A stretch of DNA of 64,000 bases, from positions 17,863 through 81,862 of the forward strand of contig CATQIB010000010.1 in NCBI GenBank assembly GCA_958296185.1, written 5' to 3'. Source of the DNA: an uncultured Mesonia sp. (GTDB lineage: Bacteria > Bacteroidota > Bacteroidia > Flavobacteriales > Flavobacteriaceae). Below, piece by piece: positions 19,014-28,805 of the stretch (the first letter of the stretch is position 1; the number at the start of each line of letters is the position of its first letter). The notes beneath the pieces were generated by a model. The model saw only the letters and a program-made list of their open reading frames with translations, was not told where the DNA came from and made no database searches. The position numbers and the translations under genes were made by a program.

Positions 19014-19892
19014 ATGTTGACAATAAACCCAAAAGAAGTTGAAATTGCTAGAAACTATGGTATTATGGCTGGTAGCGTAGGGCCTAGGCCTATTGCTTTT
19101 GCCAGTACAATAAATGAGGAGGGGCAAGCCAACCTAGCACCATTTAGTTTTTTTAATGTTGTAAGCGCTAATCCGCCTATGCTTATGTTTTCACCTTTAT
19201 TACGCATTAGCGATGGCAGTGCTAAGGACACCCTAAATAATGTACGCACACAAGGTGAGGTGGTTATTAATATAGTAAATTATGAGATGGTGCAGCAAAT
19301 GTCATTGGCTAGTACAGATTATGCGACTGGTGTTAATGAATTCGTGAAAACGGGTCTAACGCCATTAGAGTCAGATGTAGTGAAGCCTTTTCGAGTAAAA
19401 GAAAGTCCGGTACAATTTGAATGCGTGGTGAAAGAGGTAGTAAGTTTGGGTGAAGAAGGAGGCGCAGGTAATGTGGTGCTGTGTGAAGTGGTGCGTATGC
19501 ATGTTGCTGAAGAGGTTATGGATGAGAATTTAAATATTATCGATCAAACAAAGATTGATCAAGTAGCCCGTATGGGAAGCAATTATTACTCACGTGCCAA
19601 TCAAGGTATGTTTGAAATTCCTAAACCCAAAACAACCATGGGTATAGGCGTTGATGCTTTTCCAGAAGATATACGGTCTAGTAATGTGTTAACCGGGAAT
19701 GACCTAGGAAAATTAGGAACCATCGAACGTTTGCCTAATAAAGAGGAAATCAATTCTTTTTTAAATGAATTGAATTTAGTAGAATATATTAAAGAAGGCT
19801 CTGTAGAGAAAATTCATGCAGTGGCCCAAGAGTATTTAAAACAAGAGGAAATAGAGAAAGCCTGGAAGGTATTATTAGCAAAATTAAATTAG
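19014..19892 (+). CDS. flavin reductase-like (FMN-binding split-barrel) protein with C-terminal extension
   Basis: 292 aa. RPIAFASTINEEGQANLAPFSFFN is typical of flavin-reductase-like domains. A TATCTTTG -7 box lies 17 nt upstream of the ATG. Confidence 0.8.
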   Translation: MLTINPKEVEIARNYGIMAGSVGPRPIAFASTINEEGQANLAPFSFFNVVSANPPMLMFSPLLRISDGSAKDTLNNVRTQGEVVINIVNYEMVQQMSLASTDYATGVNEFVKTGLTPLESDVVKPFRVKESPVQFECVVKEVVSLGEEGGAGNVVLCEVVRMHVAEEVMDENLNIIDQTKIDQVARMGSNYYSRANQGMFEIPKPKTTMGIGVDAFPEDIRSSNVLTGNDLGKLGTIERLPNKEEINSFLNELNLVEYIKEGSVEKIHAVAQEYLKQEEIEKAWKVLLAKLN

Positions 19893-19896
19893 AAAT

Positions 19897-20265
19897 ATGG
19901 AAGTACAAGGAACGATAAAGAAAATAGACGAGACTAAAACCTATGGTAGCAATGGGTTTAGAAAACGCGAAGTAGTTGTAACTACCCAAGAACAATATCC
20001 GCAACACTTGCTTATTGAATTTATTCAAGATAAATGCGACTTACTGAACAATTTTCAAGTAGGTCAGCCGGTAAAAATTGGCGTAAATTTACGCGGAAGA
20101 GAGTGGGTAAGCCCACAAGGTGAAACCAAATACTTTAACTCTATTCAGGGCTGGCGTATTGAAGATTTAGGCGGTAGTGCTCCACAAGGAGATGTACCTC
20201 CTGTAGATCAGTTTGAACCCGCAAATGATTTCAACGATGACGATAATGACGATTTACCGTTCTAA
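19897..20265 (+). CDS. DUF3127-like protein with SSB-type acidic C-terminal tip
   Basis: 122 aa. Beta-rich N-terminal ~90 aa (GFRKREVVVTT...LRGREWVSPQGETKYFNSIQGWRIE). The C-terminus is ...EPANDFNDDDNDDLPF. Confidence 0.8.
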   Translation: MEVQGTIKKIDETKTYGSNGFRKREVVVTTQEQYPQHLLIEFIQDKCDLLNNFQVGQPVKIGVNLRGREWVSPQGETKYFNSIQGWRIEDLGGSAPQGDVPPVDQFEPANDFNDDDNDDLPF

Positions 20266-20285
20266 ATTGATAACTTAAAAACTTC

Positions 20286-20318
20286 AAGCTGTTTTAACAT
20301 TTTAAAGCAGCTTTTTTT
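20286..20318 (+). terminator. intrinsic terminator after the DUF3127 gene
   Basis: 10-bp stem (gctgttttaa / ttaaagcagc, one G-U pair), 4-nt loop, then T7. The T-tract abuts the aat ATG at 20319. Confidence 0.65.
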
Positions 20319-20960
20319 ATGACTATACCTTTTTTAGATACAAAACAAGAATTCCCGCATCCCAACACTTCAAACGAACTGGGATTGGTGGCATATGGTG
20401 GTGATTTAATACCAGAGCGTGTTTTGAGAGCTTATAAAAAAGGTATCTTTCCTTGGTATGAAAATGATCAACCCGTATTGTGGTGGTCGCCAAACCCAAG
20501 AATGGTTTTGTTTCCAGAGAAGTTAAAGGTATCAAAAAGTATGAAGAAACTTCTTGATAGAAAAACATTTAAAGTCACTTTTAATCAACATTTTGAGCAG
20601 GTGATTCAAGCCTGTGCACAAGTAAAAAGAACAGGTCAAAACGGAACATGGATTACCAAAGACATTATAAATACCTATACCGAATTGCACCAGCAAGGAA
20701 GTGCTCATTCGGTAGAGGTTTGGCAAAACGAAAGATTGGTGGGAGGGCTTTACGGAATTTGGCTAAAACCTCAAAGGATATTTTGTGGAGAAAGCATGTT
20801 TTCTTTAGTAAGTAATGCATCTAAATATGCTTTTATAACTTGGGTTCAGTTTTTAAAAGAGCACGAAGTTAGCTTAATTGATTGCCAAGTGCATACCAAT
20901 CATCTGGCGAGCCTAGGAGCCGAAGAAATTGATCGTCAGGCTTTTTTAAGCTATTTGTAG
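20319..20960 (+). CDS. aat: leucyl/phenylalanyl-tRNA--protein transferase
   Basis: 213 aa. GLVAYGGDL...AYKKGIFPWY...PVLWWSPNPRMVL is characteristic of Aat. Confidence 0.9.
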   Translation: MTIPFLDTKQEFPHPNTSNELGLVAYGGDLIPERVLRAYKKGIFPWYENDQPVLWWSPNPRMVLFPEKLKVSKSMKKLLDRKTFKVTFNQHFEQVIQACAQVKRTGQNGTWITKDIINTYTELHQQGSAHSVEVWQNERLVGGLYGIWLKPQRIFCGESMFSLVSNASKYAFITWVQFLKEHEVSLIDCQVHTNHLASLGAEEIDRQAFLSYL

Positions 20961-20966
20961 TGAAAT

Positions 20967-21683
20967 TTATAGACTGATATTTAATGCGCTTATCAGAAAC
21001 AATTCTGTAAAGGGTTGGTGAGTATAATTACGGTGGCGATATTCTAAACCTAAATCTACTTTTGAATTTGCGCCAATTGGTAAACTAAATTTTCCTGTAA
21101 AACGCTGACCCAAACTAGGCTTGTTATATTTGCCAAACTCCCAAACGCTCTCTGTTGAGGCACTAAAAATCAGAGGTTCTTTATCGGCTAAAGCCGGGCC
21201 TAATTTAAAACTAGCTCCTATGCGGTAGCGCCATCTTAAAACCAGTTCTTCTCTAAATCGTTGTGCGAAGCGAAGCCGTTGTCCTAAAGTAAAACTGTTG
21301 AATTTTATTTTGTGGCTATATTGTTGGAGGAGTCTTAATTCGTCATGCTTATCGATAAAAATATCTTTAAAGCGATAGCGAGCTGCCACTGTTGCTTTAC
21401 CCTTTTCGCCCAGTTTAAAATGAGTGTATTGATTTAACTCTATAAACTCAGCATCGTATTTTACTTGTTCATCAAATTGGTTGTTTTCTTCAATATCGGT
21501 GAAAACAATCGATCGGTGTGCGATGCCAAAAGTATAACTCCAAGGCGTTTCGGTCTTGAGATCTAAATTAATCTCCGGATTAATGAAACCATCAAAATGT
21601 GTTTGCGCATTGGCTGAAAAGTTAATTATAATCAAGGTTAAAAGAGCGAAACTACTTTTTCTGTATTTATAAAGACACTCCAT
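20967..21683 (-). CDS. DUF2490-like outer-membrane beta-barrel protein
   Basis: 238 aa with a signal peptide (IINFSANAQ). Alternating amphipathic beta-strand pattern, ending in an aromatic-rich strand. Confidence 0.65.
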   Translation of the reverse strand: MECLYKYRKSSFALLTLIIINFSANAQTHFDGFINPEINLDLKTETPWSYTFGIAHRSIVFTDIEENNQFDEQVKYDAEFIELNQYTHFKLGEKGKATVAARYRFKDIFIDKHDELRLLQQYSHKIKFNSFTLGQRLRFAQRFREELVLRWRYRIGASFKLGPALADKEPLIFSASTESVWEFGKYNKPSLGQRFTGKFSLPIGANSKVDLGLEYRHRNYTHQPFTELFLISALNISL

Positions 21684-21835
21684 AAATGCTAAGATTTATT
21701 TAATCTAAAGTTGACAATTTAGTAAAGTGGCGAAAATAATTATTCTTAGCTGCTTTTTTTAACTTTATTCTATTTTTATTGAAAATTAAATTTCAAGTTA
21801 CCGCTTTATTAAATTAAACACCAGAAATTGCCATG

Positions 21836-22399
21836 TTAAGATTGCTGTTGTTTAAAACAATTTTCCAGATGATCATTCACCAGTCCAGCAGCCTGCATAA
21901 AGCTATAGACGGTTGTAGCTCCTAAAAATTTGAATCCTTTCGCTTTTAGGTTTTTACAAATATTAGCACTAAGCTTTGTACTTGAAGGAATTTCATTTGC
22001 CTTTTTGGGTCTGTTATTTTTTGGTGTGTGATTAACAAAAGACCAAATATATTTACTAAAACTACCAGATTCTTGTTGTAATTGTATAAAAACGTGAGCA
22101 TTATGAATCGTAGCTTCAATTTTAGCTCTATGCCGAATAATACCGTTGTCGTTTAGTAATGCTAGAACCCGTTTAGAATCATATTGGGCAACCGTAGTCG
22201 GATTAAAATCATCAAAAGCTTTACGGAAGTGATCTCGTTTTTTTAATACAGTAATCCAGCTCAATCCAGCTTGAAAAATCTCTAAAGAAAGGATTTCAAA
22301 TAACTTTTGGTCGTTATATTCGGGTACACCCCATTCTAAATCGTGATATTTCTCATATAAATCATTCCCTTGACACCAAAGACAACGCTGCTTGCTCAT
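21836..22399 (-). CDS. tag: DNA-3-methyladenine glycosylase I
   Basis: The Tag-like sequence begins MSKQRCLWCQGNDLYEKYHDLEWGVP. The ORF-track start 22501 adds a non-homologous 34-aa leader and would overlap the divergent gene. Confidence 0.88.
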   Translation of the reverse strand: MSKQRCLWCQGNDLYEKYHDLEWGVPEYNDQKLFEILSLEIFQAGLSWITVLKKRDHFRKAFDDFNPTTVAQYDSKRVLALLNDNGIIRHRAKIEATIHNAHVFIQLQQESGSFSKYIWSFVNHTPKNNRPKKANEIPSSTKLSANICKNLKAKGFKFLGATTVYSFMQAAGLVNDHLENCFKQQQS

Positions 22400-22449
22400 A
22401 ATTGTGTAATTTTGAATTAACCTTAAAGGGGATAAAAATAGCATAAAAA

Positions 22450-23058
22450 ATGAAGGTAAAAGAATTACAAACCGAAGTGTCAAAAGCCTTAGAAAACGCA
22501 ATGACTTATACTGATTTTAAAGAATTGGTTTTTAACAGCTTTGAAGAAGGCCGCGTAACCGGGCATACACAATCTGAAGATTTATTAAACTATACCCAAC
22601 TCAATTTAAAAAGGATTAAGCGATGGGATAAAACGCTAAAAGTTGATGAGGCCTTAGTCGATAAAGTTGCAGCCTTTCAAAAAAAAGTGTTTTGGATAGT
22701 AGTAGCCGAAGGTTGGTGCGGTGATGTAGCCCATAGCTTGCCGGCTATAAATAAGTTGGCTGAGTTAAATGAGAATATAGAACTAAAAATTGTTCTACGC
22801 GATGACAATAGCTTTTTTATAGATCATTTCTTGACTAACGGCGCGCGATCTATCCCTAAATTAGTGATGGTCGATCAAAAAACGCTCGAGGTTTTAGGCG
22901 TTTGGGGAGAACGTCCAACGCCGGCAAAAAAACTAATAACCGACTATAAAGCCGCTCACGGTCAAATTGATGCCACGGTGAAAGAAGAGCTTCAACGTTG
23001 GTACAACCAAGACAAAGGAAAAACCGTTATGAAAGAATTAAGTCTGCTTCTAGCTTAA
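22450..23058 (+). CDS. thioredoxin-fold protein with monothiol WCGD motif
   Basis: 202 aa. The motif is EGWCGDVAHSLP where a CxxC would be expected, so the second Cys is missing. Confidence 0.75.
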   Translation: MKVKELQTEVSKALENAMTYTDFKELVFNSFEEGRVTGHTQSEDLLNYTQLNLKRIKRWDKTLKVDEALVDKVAAFQKKVFWIVVAEGWCGDVAHSLPAINKLAELNENIELKIVLRDDNSFFIDHFLTNGARSIPKLVMVDQKTLEVLGVWGERPTPAKKLITDYKAAHGQIDATVKEELQRWYNQDKGKTVMKELSLLLA

Positions 23059-23757
23059 ATCTTTTGGTAATTTAGTAATAAAAGTTTCTAAAGTATAGGC
23101 GTTTTCAATGTTGAAATCGCCTATTTTTGTGCGCCGCAATTCGGTAAGATGAGCACCATTGTTAACCGCTTGACCTAAATCATGAGCTAAGCTTCTTATA
23201 TAAGTTCCTTTGCTGCATTTTACTTTAAACGCTGCATCGGGTAAATTTATTTTACCAATAGAAAATTCGTCTATGCGAACGGGGCGACCTTCTATTTTTA
23301 TTTCTTGGCCTTTGCGAGCATATTCATAAAGTCTTTTGCCATCTTTCTTTAAAGCCGAGAAAACGGGAGGTTTTTGAATGATGTCTCCTTCAAAGCAGGC
23401 CGCTTTTGCTTTTATAATTGCCGGTTGCAAATCATTAATCGGATAAGTTTTATCGATATCTGTTTCCAAATCGTAAGAAGGAGTGGTTGCCCCAAAACGA
23501 ATAGTCCCTGTATATTCTTTGGGTAAGCCTTGAATTTCATGAATGGTTTTGGTGAATTTCCCAGTACAAATAATCAACAAGCCAGTAGCTAATGGATCTA
23601 GGGTCCCCGCATGACCTACCTTTATTTTTTTTATACCATAATTTTTCTTGATTAACCAGCGTACTTTGTTAACCAACTGAAAGGAGGTCCACTCCAAGGG
23701 TTTATCGAACAATAAAACTTGGCCTTCTTTAAAATCTTCTAGACTAAAAAAACTCAA
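23050..23757 (-). CDS. truB: tRNA pseudouridine(55) synthase
   Basis: 235 aa with the catalytic-Asp motif GHAGTLDPLATGLL. Confidence 0.92.
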   Translation of the reverse strand: MSFFSLEDFKEGQVLLFDKPLEWTSFQLVNKVRWLIKKNYGIKKIKVGHAGTLDPLATGLLIICTGKFTKTIHEIQGLPKEYTGTIRFGATTPSYDLETDIDKTYPINDLQPAIIKAKAACFEGDIIQKPPVFSALKKDGKRLYEYARKGQEIKIEGRPVRIDEFSIGKINLPDAAFKVKCSKGTYIRSLAHDLGQAVNNGAHLTELRRTKIGDFNIENAYTLETFITKLPKDLS

Positions 23758-23773
23758 AAAATAATGTTTTAAA

Positions 23774-24559
23774 TTAATAACTTACTGCTAAGGCTATAAT
23801 TCCTACCACCAAGCAATAAATGGCAAAATAAGAAAGTTTGCTTTTTCGTACCAGTGCAATCATCCAAGTACAAGCGAAGAGCCCAGCGATAAAAGCACTT
23901 ATAAAACCTACAAATAATGCCGTGCTGTTACCAGTATGACTTAAATCGCCGCTGAGTATATCTTTAGCAATTTTCCCCAATATTAATGGGACTACCATTA
24001 AAAAAGAAAATCGAGCCGCCTTGGTTTTGTCATTCCCCAATAAAACAGAAGTAGATATAGTAGCGCCACTACGAGAAATTCCAGGAAGCATAGCAATAGC
24101 TTGAGCTATTCCAATAACAAATGCATTGGAGTAGCTAACGGGCTTTAAAGTGCTTTTTGCTTTATCGGCCAACCATAGAAGCAAAGCAGTTACAATTAGC
24201 ATAGCTCCTACTAAAAACACACTGCCTCCAAATAATTGTTCTAACTGTTCTTCAAAGAGCAACCCAATTATGGCTGCAGGAATCATCGATAAAATAATCT
24301 TTAAAGTAAATTGGGTTTCCTCGTTCCATTTGAATGCTAACACCCCTTTAATTATAGTGTAAATATCTTTACGGAATATAACCAAGGTGCTCAGCGCAGT
24401 AGCAAAATGCATCACAACGGTGAATAGCATACTTTCTTGTGGTATACTATCATCACCCAAAATCGCTTTGCCTAGCTCTAAATGGCCACTTGAAGATACG
24501 GGTAAGAACTCGGTTAATCCTTGAATAATGCCAAGAACAAGCGCATCTAAAACATCCAT
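23774..24559 (-). CDS. uppP: undecaprenyl-diphosphate phosphatase
   Basis: 261 aa and polytopic. LTEFLPVSSSGHL and PGISRSG motifs. Confidence 0.92.
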   Translation of the reverse strand: MDVLDALVLGIIQGLTEFLPVSSSGHLELGKAILGDDSIPQESMLFTVVMHFATALSTLVIFRKDIYTIIKGVLAFKWNEETQFTLKIILSMIPAAIIGLLFEEQLEQLFGGSVFLVGAMLIVTALLLWLADKAKSTLKPVSYSNAFVIGIAQAIAMLPGISRSGATISTSVLLGNDKTKAARFSFLMVVPLILGKIAKDILSGDLSHTGNSTALFVGFISAFIAGLFACTWMIALVRKSKLSYFAIYCLVVGIIALAVSY

Positions 24560-24828
24560 TATTTCTTTTTACTTGGATTTAAAAGAATAGCGTAAACTTC
24601 AATACCAAAACCCAGTAGCACAAGACTAGGTGCCAGGTGAATACGTCTCCAGCTGTAAATATCGGGATTAAAAACTTCTGGGTTATCGCTTCCGCCTCCG
24701 GCCATCAGTATATAACCCAAGGCAATAACGGCTAAACCAATAGCCATAAAAATGTAATTCTTCTTCTCAAAAATGAAATAGGCCTCTGGCTTTTCTTGTT
24801 CTCTTTCTCGTCTTTTTTGCTCTCCCAT
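24559..24828 (-). CDS. DUF3098-like small membrane protein
   Basis: 89 aa with two TM helices. Positioned between ftsX and uppP, with a 1-nt overlap with the uppP start. Confidence 0.7.
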   Translation of the reverse strand: MGEQKRREREQEKPEAYFIFEKKNYIFMAIGLAVIALGYILMAGGGSDNPEVFNPDIYSWRRIHLAPSLVLLGFGIEVYAILLNPSKKK

Positions 24829-24855
24829 AATTTATTTTAAAGCTATAGATAGCGC

Positions 24856-25734
24856 TTAATAATATAATTCGTCTGTTTTTAAGTTTAAAAATCTTGAGGT
24901 AGCAAAGAAGGTGCTAATCCAAGATATAACCAAACCTAAAATGAATACACCGGCAAATATAGCAATAAGTAATCGATGGTCGGTTAGTAATTGCAATTCA
25001 GGAAAGGCTTTGTCTAAATAATAAAGAACTGCAGCCATCCCCGAGAGCGCTAAAATAGAACCAATAATTCCTAGCTTTATGCTTTTCCAAATAAACGGTC
25101 TGCGGATAAACCCCTTGGTAGCGCCAACCATTTGCATTGTTTTAATAGTGAATCGCTTGGAGTACACCGAGAGTCTTATACTGCTGTTGATTAACAATAC
25201 GGCTATAAAGGTGAAAATACCACTAATGATTAAAATCCAAAAGCTTATGCGTTTAATGTTGTCATTGAGCAGGGCTATTAACGGCTTATCATACACCACT
25301 TCCTCAATAAAATTTTTATTGCTAAGATCTTTCGATATTTCTGCAATCTTAGCTTCAGAAACATAATCGGCTTTAAAGTAAACATCTATTGAGTTTTTTA
25401 AGGGATTATACCCTAAAAAATCCATAAAGTCTTCACCGATCTCTTGACTATGCGCTTTGGCGGCATCTTCTTTGCTAACAAATTGAGTAGATTTGGTGTA
25501 ATCGGCTAAAGCTAAGCTTTTCTCTAATTGATTAATTTCTACTTCTTTGGCACTATCTTTTAAAAAGATGCTTAAGGCGATTTGCTCTTTAAAATGGTCG
25601 GCTACTTTTTTGGTGTTTAATACCAGCAACCCTAATAAACCTAATAAAAACAATACCAAGGCAATACTTATAACTACCGAAAAGTAGGAGGATATCAAAC
25701 GCCTTTTTTGGTATTTTTCAAACGAAGAACTCAT
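24856..25734 (-). CDS. ftsX: cell division protein FtsX-like permease
   Basis: About 292 aa from MSSSFEKYQKRR. One TM, then a periplasmic domain, then three C-terminal TM (FtsX topology). The ORF-track start 25839 would overlap the leuS promoter region. Confidence 0.85.
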   Translation of the reverse strand: MSSSFEKYQKRRLISSYFSVVISIALVLFLLGLLGLLVLNTKKVADHFKEQIALSIFLKDSAKEVEINQLEKSLALADYTKSTQFVSKEDAAKAHSQEIGEDFMDFLGYNPLKNSIDVYFKADYVSEAKIAEISKDLSNKNFIEEVVYDKPLIALLNDNIKRISFWILIISGIFTFIAVLLINSSIRLSVYSKRFTIKTMQMVGATKGFIRRPFIWKSIKLGIIGSILALSGMAAVLYYLDKAFPELQLLTDHRLLIAIFAGVFILGLVISWISTFFATSRFLNLKTDELYY

Positions 25735-25827
25735 AAAGAATAGGCTTGTAATTTTTGTAAAAATAATAAAGTAATTGAAACTAGTTTCTTTAAAACGTTC
25801 AAACTTTTCACTTTCGTACATTAATAG

Positions 25828-25835
25828 TACTTTTG
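25828..25835 (+). promoter_or_regulatory. -7 box TACTTTTG (leuS)
   Basis: Exact TAnnTTTG match 44 nt upstream of the ATG at 25880. Confidence 0.5.
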
Positions 25836-25879
25836 CCAATCAAAATAATAATTATAGGCATTTATCGAAAGCGTTTACC

Positions 25880-28753
25880 ATGAGTTATAATTTTAATACT
25901 ATAGAAGCCAAATGGCAAAAATACTGGGAGCAAAACCATACTTTTAAAGCCAGTAATAACAGTAATAAACCAAAATATTATGTGTTAGATATGTTTCCTT
26001 ATCCTTCTGGGGCAGGCTTGCATGTGGGACACCCCTTGGGGTATATCGCTAGTGATATTTTTGCACGATATAAAAGACATGTAGGTTTTAATGTTTTGCA
26101 TCCGCAGGGTTATGATTCTTTTGGGCTTCCCGCCGAACAATATGCTATTTTAACAGGACAACATCCAGCCGATACCACCAAAGTTAATATTGAAGGAGGT
26201 ACGGACAAAGCAGGAAACCATATTGCCGGTTATAGAAATCAATTAGATAAAATAGGTTTTTCTTTTGATTGGAGTAGGGAGGTGCGTACCAGTGACCCCG
26301 AGTATTACAAGTGGACTCAATGGATTTTTATACAGCTTTTTGAGTCTTATTATTGTTTTGATGTAAATAAAGCCAGGCCGATAACTGAGTTAGTGCAAGC
26401 GTTTGAAGCAAGTGGTAACCAAGAAATCAATGCGGCTTGCGATGAAGAAGTGCCTAATTTTACTGCAGCACAATGGAAAGAATATAGCACAGAAGAACAA
26501 GAGACGGTCTTGTTGCAATACCGCTTAGCTTTCTTGGCAGAAACAGAGGTAAACTGGTGTCCTGCACTGGGTACAGTATTAGCTAATGACGAAATTGTAA
26601 ATGGAGTATCTGAACGAGGTGGACACCCCGTAGTGAGAAAAAAAATGAAGCAATGGAGTATGCGCATTTCTGCTTACGCCGAAAGACTTTTGCAGGATTT
26701 AGAGAAGTTAGACTGGACAGAGAGCTTAAAAGAAACTCAACGCAATTGGATAGGAAGGTCAACCGGTGCTCAGGTAAAATTTAAGGTGCAAAATGAGGAC
26801 GACTTTATCGAAGTGTTTACTACTCGGCCAGATACTATTTTTGGGGTTAGTTTTATGACGCTTGCCCCAGAACATCCGTTGGTTAAAAAAATAACCACAG
26901 ACCAACAAAGAGAAGCTGTGCAGCAGTATGTAGAAGCGGCTGCTAAGAGAAGTGAGCGCGAAAGAATGGCCGATGTGAAGCGTATTTCTGGTGTATTTAC
27001 TGGTGCATATGCCTTGCACCCTTTTACTCAAGAACCTATTCCTGTTTGGGTGGGCGATTATGTGTTGGCTAGTTATGGTACAGGGGCAGTTATGGCGGTT
27101 CCTTGTGGCGATCAACGCGATTATGATTTTGCTAAGCATTTTGAAATACCAATTCTAAATATTTTTGAAGGAGTTGACATAAGCCAAGAAGCTTTTACAG
27201 AAAAAAATAATCAGGTAAAACTTACCAACTCTGATTTTCTTAATGGGTTGACCTACGAATCGGGTATGCAAAAAGCGATTGAAAAATTGGAGCAAAAGAA
27301 AAATGGAGTAGGAAGAACAAATTATCGTTTACGCGATGCTGTGTTTAGTAGACAACGTTATTGGGGAGAGCCTTTTCCAGTTTACTACAAAAACGGACTA
27401 CCGCAAATGATAGCCGCAAAACATCTTCCTATAGTATTACCCGAGATAGAAAAGTATTTGCCAACAGAAAGTGGTGAGCCGCCGCTAGGTCGTGCAGATA
27501 TTTGGGCTTGGGATACCGTTAAAAATCAAGTGGTGAGTAATCAAGAAATAGATCATAAAAATATTTTCCCTTTAGAGTTAAATACCATGCCTGGGTGGGC
27601 AGGTAGCTCTTGGTACTTCTTTAGGTATATGGAGGCAGGTAAACATGAGGCAAACTCAAAACGCGATGATGTTTTTGCTTCCGCGGAAGCGTTAAATTAC
27701 TGGGAGAATGTAGATTTATATATTGGTGGAAGCGAGCACGCAACAGGTCATTTATTGTATGCTAGGTTTTGGACTAAATTCTTAAATGATCGTCAATTTG
27801 TACCCGTTAATGAGCCCTTTAAAAAGTTGATCAACCAAGGTATGATTTTAGGAGAAAGTGCTTTTGTATACCGTATAGCAAATCAAAACAAATTTGTTAG
27901 TGCTGGATTAAAAGATAATTACGACACACAAGCAATTCACGTAGATGTATCTTTGGTGAATAACTCGAATGAGCTAGATGTAGAGGGCTTTAAAAATTGG
28001 CGTGAAGAGTATAAAGAGGCTATATTTATTACCGAAGATGATGTTACTTACCGGGTAGGACGGGAAGTCGAAAAAATGTCTAAGTCTAAATATAATGTAG
28101 TAAATCCTGATTTGATATGCCAGGAATATGGTGCAGACACTTTGCGTATGTACGAAATGTTTTTAGGGCCATTAGAGCAATCTAAGCCCTGGAATACAGC
28201 GGGTCTTTCTGGCGTTCATAATTTTTTAAAAAAATTATGGAAACTGTACCATCAAGGAGAAGAATTTGTGGTGAATGATGAGCAGCCTAGTAAAGATGCT
28301 TTAAAAGTACTGCATAAAACCATAAAAAAAGTAAGAGAAGATATAGAGGCGTTTAGCTTTAATACGTCGGTTTCTACCTTTATGATATGTGTGAACGAAT
28401 TGGCTGCCTTGAAATGTAATGCTCGTGCAATTTTAGAACCACTTGCCATATTAATCGCTCCTTATGCTCCTCATATTGCCGAAGAGCTTTGGGAAAAAAT
28501 GGGTTATAAACAAAGCATTAGCTTTGCCGATTATCCTATTTTCGAAGAAAAATTTTTGAAAGAGAGTTCGAAGAATTACCCTATTTCTTTTAATGGAAAA
28601 ATGCGTTTTACTCTAGAGTTAAGTTTAGAGCTTTCTAAAGATGAAATTGAACAAATCGTAATGGCAGATGAGAGAACCCAAAAGCAATTAGCAGGACGTA
28701 CTCCCAAGAAGGTCATTATCGTACCAGGTAAAATTGTTAATATTGTAGGTTAA
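25880..28753 (+). CDS. leuS: leucine--tRNA ligase
   Basis: Starts MSYNFNTIEAKWQKYW. HIGH-type motif LHVGHPLGY and KMSKS motif EKMSKSKYN. A TACTTTTG -7 box at 25828-25835 lies downstream of the ORF-track start 25775. Confidence 0.95.
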   Translation: MSYNFNTIEAKWQKYWEQNHTFKASNNSNKPKYYVLDMFPYPSGAGLHVGHPLGYIASDIFARYKRHVGFNVLHPQGYDSFGLPAEQYAILTGQHPADTTKVNIEGGTDKAGNHIAGYRNQLDKIGFSFDWSREVRTSDPEYYKWTQWIFIQLFESYYCFDVNKARPITELVQAFEASGNQEINAACDEEVPNFTAAQWKEYSTEEQETVLLQYRLAFLAETEVNWCPALGTVLANDEIVNGVSERGGHPVVRKKMKQWSMRISAYAERLLQDLEKLDWTESLKETQRNWIGRSTGAQVKFKVQNEDDFIEVFTTRPDTIFGVSFMTLAPEHPLVKKITTDQQREAVQQYVEAAAKRSERERMADVKRISGVFTGAYALHPFTQEPIPVWVGDYVLASYGTGAVMAVPCGDQRDYDFAKHFEIPILNIFEGVDISQEAFTEKNNQVKLTNSDFLNGLTYESGMQKAIEKLEQKKNGVGRTNYRLRDAVFSRQRYWGEPFPVYYKNGLPQMIAAKHLPIVLPEIEKYLPTESGEPPLGRADIWAWDTVKNQVVSNQEIDHKNIFPLELNTMPGWAGSSWYFFRYMEAGKHEANSKRDDVFASAEALNYWENVDLYIGGSEHATGHLLYARFWTKFLNDRQFVPVNEPFKKLINQGMILGESAFVYRIANQNKFVSAGLKDNYDTQAIHVDVSLVNNSNELDVEGFKNWREEYKEAIFITEDDVTYRVGREVEKMSKSKYNVVNPDLICQEYGADTLRMYEMFLGPLEQSKPWNTAGLSGVHNFLKKLWKLYHQGEEFVVNDEQPSKDALKVLHKTIKKVREDIEAFSFNTSVSTFMICVNELAALKCNARAILEPLAILIAPYAPHIAEELWEKMGYKQSISFADYPIFEEKFLKESSKNYPISFNGKMRFTLELSLELSKDEIEQIVMADERTQKQLAGRTPKKVIIVPGKIVNIVG

Positions 28754-28772
28754 ATACAATACCACATAAGTC

Positions 28773-28805
28773 AAAACGCGTTGCTTAAAAGTAGCGCGTT
28801 TTTTT
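28773..28805. terminator. bidirectional terminator between leuS and the BON-LysM gene
   Basis: aaaacgcgttgc-ttaaaa-gtagcgcgtttt hairpin followed by a T-run on the plus strand. An A-run precedes it, giving a T-run on the minus strand. Confidence 0.65.
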
